Positions 24,388-38,269 of a stretch of 64,000 nucleotides of DNA are shown one piece after another. A program made the translations under genes and the position numbers. The DNA is from Cetorhinus maximus (taxonomy: Eukaryota), in assembly GCF_964194155.1 (NCBI RefSeq), contig NC_135901.1, forward strand, positions 60,760,001 to 60,824,000, given 5' to 3'. Within the stretch, counting starts at the first letter, position 1. Each line of letters opens with the position of its first letter. Below the pieces are notes generated by a model that did not search any database, was not told the DNA's origin, and saw nothing but the letters and a program-made list of their open reading frames with translations.

Positions 24388-24640
24388 AAAATACTGAAGC
24401 TGCTGGAAATCCAAACTGAAAAGAACATTTTGGAAGCACCCAGCAGTATCTATGGAAACGGAAACAGAGTGAATGTTTCAGGTCATTGAACTTAAATCCA
24501 GTTATACAGTTCTGATGAAAGGTCACAGACCTGAAATGTAAACTATGATTCTATCTCCACATACATTACCAGATGTGATGAGATTTTCTGAATGTTCTGT
24601 TTTAATTTCAGATTTACAGTATCTGCAGTATTTTGCTTTT
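24388..24640. mobile_element. Palindromic pair of Penelope-like terminal repeats
   Basis: Two inverted copies; CTGATGA-A-AGGTC-ACA-GACCT-GAAA at 24512-24536. Confidence 0.6.
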
Positions 24641-25194
24641 CTTCCAATGTAGAGTGTTGAGAATCTGGAATTCCTTACCAGAATGGTTTGAGATCCACGT
24701 CTGACCTGGAAATCCATGGGTAAATTCACACTGAGAAAAGGCAGTTCACCTGCTGATAGTTGGAAAGCATTTACTTGGCCATTCCATTTACTGATACAGC
24801 AGCACAGTCACAATGGAGAGCAACCATACGGCTTCTTCATATGTGCAAAGTGATTTACTCATTTTCCCCACCTGTTAGCATTGCGGCTTTAAAGGTTATA
24901 AGGATTTGAACCACAATTGGTGCATTCTGACAAGAAACGGTTTTAATGTTTCTTTTTTTGGGGGGTGGAGGGGAATCATTTGTTCACCTCAGTTGTTGAG
25001 ACACCAGTGAGTTCAAGTCTAACTGTAGGGATTTGTTCTGCTGTTAATTACACTCAGGACAGGACTGTGTTGAAGGACTTGTGCACTTTGGTTGCTGGAT
25101 CAATTGCTTTGCTAATTTTATATCTTGGCCCTATGGCTACAAACGAAACCGAATCATTTAACATAGATAGTTTCTCAACAATATTTTCTTGCAA

Positions 25195-25620
25195 TGGCAG
25201 GGCACTTACCCAGCATTCGCGGCGAGTCAGAATGTGCCCAATTCTCACTACAGGAACATCGTGCGCAGGCGCAATGGCGAGTTAGGAATGGAGCATGCGC
25301 ACTGTGTGGTTTCCGGCTGGTGCAGGCGCAGTGTGGGTGCTGCAGCTGCGGGGAGGTGGTCATCCGGACTCCGCAAACGGAGAGAAATGGCCGATTGTCG
25401 GAGGGTAATGGAGGCGACAGAGTGGGTGGGGAAGCTTCATGAACACCCAGTGGAGGCCTCAAACCCCGAATGAGAACCTATCGGGCCCGCGTTAGCGTCG
25501 AACGAAGCCGGCAACAGCTTCAGGGCCGCGTCTAGAGGTTGGAAGCACGAGATCATGCAGCAGGGCGCATGCGCCGTCACCCTGATCCAGGTAGCAGGAG
25601 GAGAGAATGTTGTGAATTTT
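25195..25620 (+). promoter_or_regulatory. CpG-rich promoter/first exon of ZNF gene E
   Basis: GCATGCGCA and GCGCATGCGC sites; homologous to 1206-1680. Confidence 0.6.
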
Positions 25621-27134
25621 TATCACAGAATCACAGTGCAGAAGAGGCCCTTCGGCCCATCGCCTCTGCACCGACACGTGAGAAACACCTGACCTACCTC
25701 CCTAATCCCATTTACCAGCACTTGGCCCATAGCCTTGAATGTTATGACGTGCCAAGTGCTCATCCAGGTACTTTTTAAAGGATGCGAGGCAACCCGCCTC
25801 CACCACCCTCCCAGGGAGTGCATTCCAGACTGTAACCACCCTCTGGGCTATCCTGGACCGTACTTATCCTGGACTGACAGGGATGGATTTTGGAAACTCC
25901 TTTTACAGGGGGCTAGAAGGGGAGGATTTACACACAGCAAACTCAAACCAAGAGAAATGTTTGTCTCTTCTCAATTTCTATTCTGGATTTTTTTTAATGC
26001 AGTATATTTGAAGAACAGAATTTGAAGACGGGAAACTCAAACCAAATGACAGATCAAAACCTGACAGAGTCACTCGATTCATCAGAGCCTGACAGTATGT
26101 TTGTCTGTGGAAAAAATATTGAAACATCTGTCTGACTGGAAATACGAAAGGTCATTGTCACGGAGGGATTGGAAAAAAAAGGATAAGAATTTTAAATTTA
26201 GTTATTGTTTAAGCGGGAACCTGTGTAGGTCAGTGAGTACAGGGTGATGGGTGAGTGAATGGTACTAACTGCAGAGGACAGAGGCAGCAGAAGATTGGAT
26301 AAACTGCAGGTTATCAGGGCTGAAAGTGGGAGGCCAGCCAGGTGTGCGTTCGAATAGTCAAGGCCAGAGGTAATAAAGGAATGCATGAGTTTCAAGAGCA
26401 AATGAGCAGAGACAGGGCCAAGTCAGTGATGTGACTGAGATGGGAATGTGCACTCTTGTAGATGGTACAGACAAGTGGTCAGAAGCTCAGCTAGTGATTT
26501 AATATTAGCCCCTGGTTGTGACCAGTCTGGTTCAGCCCTGAATAGTTACCAGGGAGAGGGATGGAGTCGGTGGCTAGGGAACCAACGACAATGGCTTCAG
26601 TCTTCCCAATATTTAAACAGAGGGAATTTCTGTTCATCCAGTACTGGATGCCAGACAAATCAGGACAGTGTGTGACATGGAGGGGAACTTGGAGGTGATG
26701 GTGTTCACATACACCTGCTACCCTAGTCCTTCTAGGTGGTGAAGTTTGAGGGTTTGGTGCTTTTGACAATGTTCTGGTTTATTATTACATATATAAAATC
26801 CCTCACCTTCGCAACTTTGTTTTCCCTCGTCACATAGAGCTCAGAGTCTTGTGTAGACCCAGACCAGATGGCAAGTTCCCTTCCCTGAAGGACATTAGTT
26901 GTTTTTTCATGACAGTCCAGCTGTTTTCATGGCCACTTTTTCCTAGTGCCGGTGCCACAAATGACCAGATTCATTCAGCTAATTTCAGCCTTTGTGTTTA
27001 TATGGGTTCTCTCTCATTCACTTTTTTCTGTTTTAAATCAATGTCACAGGGCATAAGAATGGGAGGATTTCCAATCTGGAATCTGAAACCAACCATCACA
27101 TCAGGATCTGACAGAGTTGCCTAATTTATCCTAA

Positions 27135-27944
<810 letters not shown>

Positions 27945-28129
27945 TGACAATGATTGGATTTTTCTGTTAATCCCATCCAGGACTGAACTTTGTTCATTAG
28001 GGTCTGTTTCTGCTCATGTTATTGAACTCCAGCCCAGTTATATCCATTAATATTGTGGATAAAAGTCAAATAAATCAGCTTTGTGTTGAACGCAGACTGT
28101 GTTGAGTCTTTTTAATATCTCTAAAACTA

Positions 28130-28880
28130 TTTAGTTCCTTTTGAAGGGGTCTCCCTCTCCCCTATCTCCTCCATCCCACCTCCAACCACAAGTGTGAGGA
28201 GCTCATGGAGATTCTTTGTCACTAAGATTGGGACAATCCAATCAGCTGCCTCTGCTGCTTCCCTCCCTTCCACTAGCCCACCGGGACAAACTGTCTCTAA
28301 AGTTCCCCCTTGTCTGAGCCCTGAATCCACATCTTACTCCAGTTTCTCTCCCATCTCCCCTCGTGCCCTCTCAGTGTTCATCTTGTCCATAAGACCCACC
28401 TCCTGCTCCATCCGCTCTATTCCCACTAAACTGTTGATCACCCAACTTCCCCATGTTCCCTGGTGTTGATAATGGCTACATCTCTTCAACTCCTGTCCCT
28501 CTGTCCTTAAAATCCAGCATCATCACCAACTCCTCAATAAAACTAACCCTTGACCCCACTGTCACTGCCTGAACTCCAACTTCCTTTTCCTCTTCGAAGT
28601 CCTGAAATGTGTTAAAACTCCGAAATTTCTGTCCCTCTTTGCTGGGACCCTGTTTGAATCCTTCCAATAAGATTTCCACTCCTGGTCTCATCAAAGTTAC
28701 AAATGACACCCTATCCTGAATCGGCAAACTATCTCATCATTCCTTTTGAACGTTCTTCAGTCTTCAACCGGTTAACCAATCCATCATCCCCCAATGCCTC
28801 TCCACTGTTCTCCAGCTGATTGCAACGTCACACTCTGGTTCCTTCCTTATATATATCATTGTAGCCAGAGAATCACCTGC
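28130..28880 (+). mobile_element. L2-type LINE fragment directly downstream of the ZNF 3'UTR
   Basis: FFVTKIGTIQS..PTSCSI..LIKVTND; homologous copies at 5070-5300, 32720-33400, 40140-40790. Confidence 0.7.
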
Positions 28881-29129
28881 AGGAGCTGTGAATATTTGAT
28901 TTATATTTTTATATACTCACTGGATAACTAATTGGGTCTCATTAAACGATACAAGAAAGCATCGTTATCACTGTGATATTACCTTGCAGGACAAATCCTT
29001 CTAACTAGAGCAGCTCTTTTGGATAAGGTCATCAGGCAAGAGTGAAGACGTTGCTGTCCATGACCGAAGCCCAGAGTGGTCCAAGCATCTTGTAATTACT
29101 ATTAAAATGCAATATTCAGCAGAACAAAT

Positions 29130-30960
29130 AAGGTCACAGTGGGAAAATATTAAAATTAATGGCACTTCACTTAAATGTATGCAGAATTTGTAGCAAGATG
29201 GATGAATTCATAACAATTAGAAAAAATGACTATGATATGATAGTAATAGAGTGTGAAAGTGGCCACAGCTAAGGAATGAAAGATCAAGGCCAGTTTGACA
29301 CTTTGGAAGGAAAGAAAAGGAGGTGGGGTAGCTCTGTTAAAAAAAGATGAGACCAGGACATTGGTGAGAAATGATCTTGGTCTCAATGAACAAAATGTAA
29401 CATCAGCTTGGATGGAGCCAAGAAATTGCAAATAAGACGCTGGTAGGAGTGGTTATAGGCCCCTGATGGTATCTGCAATGTAGGACAGTGTATAAAACAA
29501 TAAATAATGGGGGCTTGTTATAAAGGTGCTGCAATAATCATGGGACATTTTAATTTTAATTTGAATTGGGCCAATAACATTGGATGAATTCATAGAGTGT
29601 ATTCGGGATTGCTTCTTAGAATAATATGTACTGAACCAACTTGGGAACAGGCTGTTTTAGACCTGATAATGTGTGATAGGACAAGATTAATTCATGCCAC
29701 CATAGTACGGGATCCCCTAGATCAGAGTGATCATAACATAATGGAATTTCACAATCACTTCGAGGGTAAGATATGTGGGTCTTAAACTTGTGGGCAATTA
29801 CAAGGGTAGGAAGACACAGTTGGCTCAAGTGGACCGGTAAAATGCATTAGAAGGTAAGACAGTAGAGAAATAGTGGCAAACATTTAAGAAGCTATTTCAT
29901 AACCAGCAAAAGATATATTCCATTGAGAAAGAAAGACTATCTGTCATGAAGGGATATCAATGCATATAATGTTATTGGAAATTATTTAAAATTGGACTTG
30001 TAGCAAGGTCTTTGTGAGAGTGTGTGTGTGTCCTAATTGGATTAAAGTCCGATAGTTTGTGTGCTTTGATGTATAGTAGTTTTGAGATGTTAATTGGGTG
30101 AACAATACGTTAAAAGGTAAAGAGTGCATTCGCATTTTGTTGAATAAACCATTCAAAGACTGGGGGTGAAATCTTGCACCTGACTAGGAGACACCAAGCA
30201 ATATGTTTATATTACTAATAAAATTGGTACTATGAAAGGAGTTTTATTGTTTGGAGAGGTGGAGTTCAAAGGGCCTGGAGATACGATGAGAATATGCATT
30301 CAAAGAGAAGGCTAGGTATATACAGAAGAGTTTTGTGTGAGGAAGTCAGGCATGGAAGATCTAATCCTGTAAGCCTACCATTGTGTTTGCGAAGGACCAA
30401 ATTGAAAGGAACCACATCTTTAATTCATAAGGTAAAATGTGCTTTGCCCAGTGTCTGTTTAAGTCTATGGGTTATTGTTGCCTTGGGGAAGATTACCTGG
30501 GAGTGATTAATTTGAGGATTTGTTTAAAAGTTATTACGGTGGTAATTTGTAGATGTGTTTAATTTCTTATTAAAATTAATAAATGTTTAATTTATATAAA
30601 AAGCCTCTGGAGGCTTGGTGGTTTCATTTCTGAATTCAGAGCTGTATCTCAAACATACCAATTGAAAATATAGGTTATGAAAGTTGTTTAAAGTTCCCTC
30701 TGGGATTTTAAATAACTCAGCCTTTACCAACTGCTATGCCATAACAATCTACAAGAAGGATGCACCACCCATGGCTAACTAAAGAAGTTAAAGGTTGTAC
30801 CATATTGAAAGAAAAGATCCTCAATGCTGTAAATATTAGGGGTAGCCCAGAGGATTAGGAAAATTTTTGAAACCAGCAAAGGGTGACTAGGAAAATGATA
30901 AAGAAGGAGAAATTGGATTACCAGAGAAAAACTAGTAATAAAAATAAGCACAGGCAGTAA
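29130..30960 (+). mobile_element. CR1 endonuclease-region fragment interrupted by a solo LTR
   Basis: GGGVALL, LVGVVIGP, EPTWEQAVLDLI, SDHNIMEF; resumes with HPWLTKEV after 30746. Confidence 0.75.
29942..30746. mobile_element. Solo LTR (Gypsy-like termini)
   Basis: 805-bp insert beginning TGTCATG and ending CATAACA (imperfect inverted termini) that splits a contiguous CR1 sequence; no clean TSD. Confidence 0.65.
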
Positions 30961-31129
30961 AAGGTTCCAAAAGAAGAGTCATACAGACTCGAGATGTTGA
31001 CTCTGTTTATCACGCCACAGATACTGCCAGACCTGCTGAGTTTTAACAGCATTTTATGTTTTTATTTCAGATTTTCAGCATCCGCAATATTTTGCGTTCA
31101 ACTTTTTTAGTTTTATTCTTCTTCAGTTT

Positions 31130-32710
31130 GAAGAAGGAACAAAAAGAATTCAGGTAAAACTGAGTGAAATATGAAAGGAATTGAAAGAACAAAGATTGAA
31201 ATGGGATCACATTCATCCTTGATCTGAAAATGAAGTTACAAAAAGTTGACACAATTGTTCACATTTGAAAATGTTTCTTCAGCCCCTTTTCAAGCAAGCA
31301 GAGAAGTTAACCCTTTCCAATCACAGCATGGTGACAATTTGAAGAAAATGCTTTGCTTTTAAAATATTTGGCTTCATCCCATTTGTTATATTTCAAGACA
31401 AACTGCCTGAGAACAGGAGATGTGGGAGTTATCTCCAAACTGATTGCAAGCACCTGTACTCCTGCCTCTGACCTGTAAACAACATATTATGTGAGTACTC
31501 AATGGAATATAAAGGTCGTCCAGTGCTCCTGAATGAGATAGAATAGTAATTAATGGAATGACGTATTTAGAATAAAAGATAGAGAAAATCACACCACCAA
31601 TTGGGAAATTGAATAATTCACCTGGGTATAGTTCAAGGGAATAGTTCAGTCTGATATACATGCACATTCCAGTCAAAGTCAGGAAAATATAGATGAGGCC
31701 AGTAAATTGATAGATTGAACTTGGTGATGTTTGTGTCCTTGCCTCTGCATATAAAAACTTAATTTGATATCCTGTCCACTATCTGAGGCATCAGAACCAT
31801 GCAGGGGCAGATAAGCAAAGATCTTAAAGCAGAAACCCCTGTGACATTTTGACGAGATCGCCTGAAAGGCTAAGAGTGGCTTGCATAAGTTGGCACATGC
31901 AGCATGCTATTGGGATACGGCATGAGTGTGCAGATGTGATTTGTTATGAGAGGTGTAATTAACATGTGGAAATGCATGGTGACCCTGCATTGAAGAACAG
32001 TTCCCAGACATGCTCAGCTACTTGACAACAGAACAACATGAAGTGACTATTGTGGAAAATTGAATGAGGCAACATTTTAAATCATCAAGACATTGACACA
32101 TACCCCATAGAGAAACTGACTTTCAAACATTCAGGATAGAATTAAACACACTGGTATATAGCAGAGGGAGTAAAATTAATGTGAAGAAGGAAATAGAATC
32201 TGGATGTAGGAAATATCCACAAGGTGGATGCAGGTGAACAGAGAGCTGGAGAATCTTTAAAGTCTGTGCATGAACTTTTAATTGAATCAGATATATTTGC
32301 AACATGCCAATAATTTAGAATTGTGTGAGATGATCGGCAGGTGGGAAAGGTGAATCTAAGTCGATAGTTATCATATTTTAGTGGAAAAGTTTTGACATTT
32401 ATCCTTGGTGGCAGCTCAAGGGTTTGTGTTGCTGAATCTGATCATTCTAGTAGCTTTAGTATGTTATCTACAGTTTGTCATCAAGAAATTAAGGAAAACA
32501 AGCTCGTAGCTTAGAAATAGTGAGGTTTGAAAGAAGTCAGCTCTGAGGAGTCAATATTTCCTTCTCAAGATTGGACAGTGATTTCTCACAGATCTCCCAA
32601 TCTTGTATTGAATGTATTGAATATTATAGGAATAGCGCTCTCTCTCTCTCTCTCTGTGTCTCGCTTAGGAACAAAGATTCCTGGCTTGACAAACATCGGA
32701 CAACATATCC
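31130..32710 (+). mobile_element. LTR element/ERV env-like remnant (copy 2)
   Basis: Colinear with 5300-6830 in reverse; TM segment FVLLNLIILVALVCYLQFVIKKLRK at ~32424-32500. Confidence 0.6.
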
Positions 32711-33601
32711 CAATGTTACCTCATCGGGATGGATTCGGTAGTTAAGGAACCAAATTTGTGTGGTGACCGAAGACAATAGCTTTGATCTTGCCAATTTTAA
32801 AAAGGAGCAAATGTCTGCTCATCCAGTACTGGATGTCAGGTAAGTAGTTTGATAATTTAGTAACAGTGGAGGACTGGAGAGGGATGGTGGTGAGGTACAG
32901 CAGGGCATTGTAAATGTACATGTGAAAATTAACACTGTGCTTTTGGAAGATGCTGCCTAGTGGCAGCATGTAGATGAGAAATAGTAAGGGCCAAGGATAG
33001 ATCCTGTTTTTAGGATGGGTCAGGACAGTGGATTTAAAGGTGAGAGCAACAGTACCAGAAGAGAGAGAAAACCGTGAACAATATCAGCTAACATGGAGAA
33101 GCTGGATGGTCAGCAGTTAGTGGGAACAGGGTCAATGGAGCAGAAGGCAAGACCCATGGACAAGATGAGCACTGAGTGGGCATGAGAGGAAATTGGAGAG
33201 AAACTGGAGAGACAAGTGAGTTCAGGGCTCAGACATGGGGCACCTTTACAGAATGTTGGCCCAGTGGGCTACTGGAAGGGAGAGAAGCAGCAGAGGCAGC
33301 TGATTGGATTGTCTCAATCTTAGTGACAAAGAAGCTCCATGAGATCCTTGTATTTGCTGTTGGAGGTGAGGACAGAGGAGACTGGAGAGGGAGAGCATTT
33401 CAAAAGAAACTAACTACTTTAGGGATATTAAAAAGACTCAACACACTGTGTGTTTTATACAAAGCTGATTTATTTGTATAAATTTATCCACAATATTAAC
33501 CTCTATAACTGGGCTGGAGTTTATCAACATCAGCAGAAACTGACCCTAATGAACATGGTTCAGTCATAAATATGATAAACAGAAAAATCCAAATACTGTT
33601 G

Positions 33602-34320
33602 TTACTTGTGAACTCAAATTACTGCTTCAGGTTCGCGTGACTCTTTTGAAGAGGAAGAGCCACACGGACTCAAAACGTTAACTGAATTTCTCTCTCCACA
33701 GATGCTGCCAGACCTGCTGAATCTTTCCAGCACTTTCTGTTTTTATTTCTGTTTTCCAGGATGTTCAGTATTTTGCCTTTATAGTTGTGAACTCATTGGT
33801 GTCTCTGCAGTGTGGATGAACAACAAAATCCCTTCCCACGCTGGGAGCAGGTGAACAGCCTCTCCCCACTGTGACTTCACTGGTGTACAGTAAGGTCAGA
33901 GGATTACCTGAACCCAGACGCACAATGAGAGCACCTCAATGGTCTTTCATCATTGTGAACATATTAATAAGGCATCAGTTCCCTGAAACATTTCTAGCAC
34001 TTCCCACAGCCTGGGCATTTAAAAGGCCTCATCAGTGTGAACTCACTAGTGTGTCTGCAGATGGGACAACTGAGTGAATCCCTTTCCACAGTTGGAGCAG
34101 TTAAACGGTCTCTCGTCAGTGTGAACATGTTGATGGGACATCAGTTCCCCAAACCTTTTAAAGCACTTCACACACTCTGGGCATTAAAAAGGTTTCTTGC
34201 CAGTGTGAAAGCACTGGTGTCTCAGCAGGTGGGATGATATCCTGAACATCTACCACACTGTGAGCAACTGAACAGCCTCTCGCCAGTGTTAATTCAATGT
34301 GTTTCAGCAGGTCAGTCCAA
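33602..34320 (-). pseudogene. Heavily degraded C2H2 ZNF gene F
   Basis: Frameshifted finger remnants ([17 protein letters not shown]); Penelope-like fragment inserted at ~33620-33783; shared 3'UTR at 33440-33600. Confidence 0.75.
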
Positions 34321-34429
34321 AGAGACAAACATTTCTCTGGGTTGGAGTTTGCTGTGTGTAAATCCTCCCCTTCTAACCCCCTGTAAAAGGAGTTTCCAAA
34401 CACTGGGTGTAAACTGGGCTCCGGGAGTT

Positions 34430-34990
34430 TGTAATCTGGGTGTGGAGTCCTACACCGGGTGTTTGTGAATCCTCCCAGTCCACCCTCCGGCTCCATTCCT
34501 CTCCTGCACTCGGCCCTTTCTCACCCGCTGAGTTTTCAATCTGACAGCCTTCATCCCGGTCCCGCACCCATACTGCGCATGCTTCACTCCCAGCTCGACC
34601 CCGCCTCCATTCACTTCGATTGGCTGGAAGACCAACCCCGCCCCCTCTTCCTATTGGTCCGGAGCTGCCTTCAATCATTTTGAGTTGGAGCATGCGCAGT
34701 CCGTGGAGACAGACAGGAGGAGAGCTCGAGCGAACGGATTTAAAATGCGGGTTTAAAAAGACCGAGTGCGGATTCAGAGCTGAAAATAAACCCGTGAACG
34801 TAGATGGGGCCGGCGGGCGAGTTGTTTGGCTTCAGAAAGTCACGGTTTCGGCCCCAAACCCTCAATGAGGAGACATCGCCGCGTTTGCTCGGCTCTGGAG
34901 TAAAGTCCGAGTGAACGGCCGCCATCTTTATCCGGGCAACAGAGCGAGGCGCGCATGCGCGACCCCATCCGCACCGGGACACTGAGCAAC
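34430..34990. promoter_or_regulatory. Bidirectional CpG island promoter between genes F (-) and G (+)
   Basis: TGCGCATGC near 34574 and GCATGCGCA near 34690, ATTGG boxes, GCCGCCATCTT near 34918, GCGCATGCGC near 34951. Confidence 0.6.
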
Positions 34991-35109
34991 AGCCCGAGGG
35001 AGACATTCATCAAATGTGTGTTCACCAGGAGTTTTATATCAGCAGCAAGAGAATTGTAAACCGACAGTCACTCAGTAGTACAGAATTTAAACATTGCTGA
35101 AAAGAGACA

Positions 35110-35480
35110 CACTGTTGAAGCTTTTCCTGTTGCACTCATCCGGACAGATGCAAGAAAATCAAAGTTCAAACAACAATTTATACTGCATGAGGAAAGGGTG
35201 ATGACTGGTTGGCCAGTCGGCTCTGATAGGTCAAGGCGTCGGCATGGGGAATTCACCAGGGAGCCATCATCGCCCCCCCCCCGCCATGCTTTTGTTTATT
35301 TCGATAAATGGTGCCATGCCTAGACATTATCCTTCTGTCTGCAGAGGACAGGTCCCTGTGTTTGAATATATGTAGCTTCTAACAAGCGTAAGTGGGACAC
35401 ACTACGAGCCCGACTGATAATCTTTGAAATTGGTATTCTTGCGCCTGTCCTGATGATTACAAGATAAAAAGTTTTGATGG
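35110..35480 (-). mobile_element. Non-autonomous Penelope-like element with inverted hammerhead-bearing ends
   Basis: Inverted ends 35112-35148 and 35444-35480 fit CTGTC-CTGATGA-GT-N5-AC-GAAA-AGCT-TC-GACAG; interior is the reverse of 15380-15650. Confidence 0.6.
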
Positions 35481-37012
35481 AATGCCACATTTATCACCAA
35501 AACTCAAGTATCTTCAAGGAGAAAATTGTGTTAGACAGAGGGAGAGGTGTAGGGGGAGAATTTCAGAGCTTGGGGATGAGGGAACTGAAGGCACGGTCGC
35601 TAATGGTGGAGCGATTAAAACAGGGAATACACAAGACCAGAATTAGGGCAGTGCAGATATCTCAGAGGGTTGTGGGGCTGCAGGAGATTACAGAGATAGG
35701 CAGGGGTGAGGCCATGGAGGGAATTGAAAACAAGGATGAGAATTTTCACATCAAGTTGTTGCTAGACTGGGAGTCAAGGTAGGTCAGGAAGCAGATGGGT
35801 GACAGGAACAGGACTTGCTACGAGTGAAGACACAGATAGCAGATCTTTGGATGGCTTCAAGTTTACAGAGGGTAGAATATGGGAGACCAGCAAGGAATGT
35901 GTTGAAATAGTCGAGTCTGGAGGTAACCACGACAAGGATGAAGGTTTCAACAGCAGAAGCACTGAGACAGGGTGAGGCTGGGTGATGTTATGAAGGTGAA
36001 AACAGGCCACTTAGTGATGGTACAGATATGCGGTCAGAAGCTCATCTCAAGATGAAATGTAACACCAAGATTGTGAAAAGACTGGCTTAATCTCAGACTG
36101 TTCCCAGGGAGAGGGATGGAGTTGGTATCTGGGAAATGGAGATTGGAGCAGGGACTGAAAACAGTGTCTTCAGTCTTCTCAGTGTTTAATTGGAGTTAAT
36201 TAGTCATCAGGAAGAGAAGCAGGAACCAGAATGGGCCATGAGACTGATCCTAGATTTATCTTAGTTAGAGAGGGAGAGAAGGAAGGAAGGAAACCCTGGG
36301 AGGTTTGGAGAAACCACCCTCACAATCACTCATTAAACCTCCACACAGTAAGTTTTGGACACAAAGTTATCCTGTATGGTCGGTCAGGGGGTTTCAGATT
36401 AATGTTTTCTCACGAATAATGACTGAAGTGAATGATCAAAAAAATTGTTATCTCTGGTTGTACAAATTTGTTAAAAAGATACAGAAATAATCGTCCAAAG
36501 CTGTATTTGGAGCGTGTGTGGGATGGGGATTTGCAGCTTTGGGGGAACAAGAGAGGAAAAAATGTTCCATAGAAACTAGAATTGTCTGTTCTGAATTTCT
36601 ATCCTGTTCTTACAGTGATGACTTTTGTAAACTCCTTTTACAGAGAATTAGAAGAGGAGGATTTGCAGACGGGAAACTCAAACCAAACATCACATCAAGA
36701 TTTGACACAGTCGTTCGATTCATCAGGACCTGAGTACAGTCGATCATTGAATGTGGAAGGAGAAATGTTTGTCTGTTCTGTCTGTGGGAAAAGATTTCAA
36801 ACATCAGTGTGACTGGAAAAGCACCGAGACACACACGGACACCCGAGTGAGAGTGTCCCAGTGAACTGACTGTGGAAAGAGCTTTAACCAGTTACACAGC
36901 CTGAGAAAAAACATCACACCATTCACAGCGGGGAGGAACAGTACACTTGTTCTGCTGTGGACAAGGCTTCAACTGATCATCAAACCTGGAGAGAGAGAGG
37001 GACACAGGCGCC

Positions 37013-38269
37013 ATGGAGAAACTGTGGAAATGTGGGGACTGTGGGAAAGAATTCAATTACCCATCCCAACTGGAAATTCATCAATGAAGTCACACTGGAG
37101 TGAGACCATTCACCTGCATTGAGTGTGGGCAGGGATTCACTCAGTCAGCCTACCTACTGAGACACCAGCGGGTTCACACTGGAGAGAGGCCATTCACATG
37201 CCCTGAATGTGGGAAAGAATTCACTGGGTCCTCTGAGCTGCTGAAGCACCAGCGAATTCACACTGAGGCTGTTCAGCTGTACTTCCTGTGGAAAGAGGTT
37301 CAGGTCTTCCTTCCACCTCAAAGTACACCAGCGAGTTCACACTGGGGAAAGGCCATTTACTTGCTCCGAATGTGGGAAGGGATTCATTCAGTCAGCCTAC
37401 CTGTTGAGACATCAGCGAGTTCACACTGGGGAGAGGCCGTTCTCCTGCTCTGACTGTGGTAAGGGATTCACTGGGTCCTCTGACCTCCTGAAACACCAGC
37501 GAATTCACACTGGGGAGAGGCCGTTCACCTGCTCCAAGTGTGGGAAGGGATTCACTCAATATCCAACCTGCAGACACACCAGCGAGTTCACACTGGGGAG
37601 GGGCCTTTCACCTGCTCCGAGTGTGGGAAGGAATTCACTCAGTTATCTCAGCTACTGACGCACCAGTGTGTTCACACTGGAGAGAAACCATTCACCTGCT
37701 CCGAATGTAGGCAAGGATTCACTCATTCAGCTTACCTGCTGAGACACCAGCGAATTCACACTAGGGAGAGGCCATTCACCTGCCCTGAATGTGGGAAGGG
37801 ATTCACTGGGTCCTCTATCCTGCTGAAGCACCAGCGAATTCACACTGAGGAGAGACCGTTCAGCTGTACTTCCTGTGGAAAGAGATTCAGGTCTTCATTC
37901 CACCTCAAAGTACACCAGCGAGTTCACACTGGGGAAAGGCCATTCACCTGCTTCGAGTGTGGGAAGGGATTCATTCAGTCAGCCTACCTGTTGAGACACC
38001 AGCGAGTTCACACTGGGGAGAGACCGTACACTTGCCCTGAATGTGGGAAAAGATTCACTGGATCTTCCGACCTGCGGAAGCATCAGCGAATTCACACAGG
38101 AGAGAGACCATTCACCTGCTCTGACTGCGGGAAGAAATTCACTCAGTTATCTCACCGACTGACACACCAGCTAATTCACACTGGGGAGAGGCCATTCACC
38201 TGCTCCGAGTGTGGGAAGTGATTCACTCAGTCATCCCACTTGCTGGCACACCGGCGAGTTCATAAGTGA
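37013..38269 (+). pseudogene. C2H2 ZNF gene G, ~15 fingers, disrupted
   Basis: GCCATGG start MEKLWKCGDC; TGA at 37085 and 38219; frameshifts near 37268 and 37560; ends HRRVHK*. Confidence 0.85.

Noticed and set aside
36614-36734. C/D box snoRNA (GTGATGA..CTGA) repeated in ZNF genes
   Set aside because: It straddles the splice acceptor and linker exon, the C box is not kept in most copies, and there is no terminal stem.
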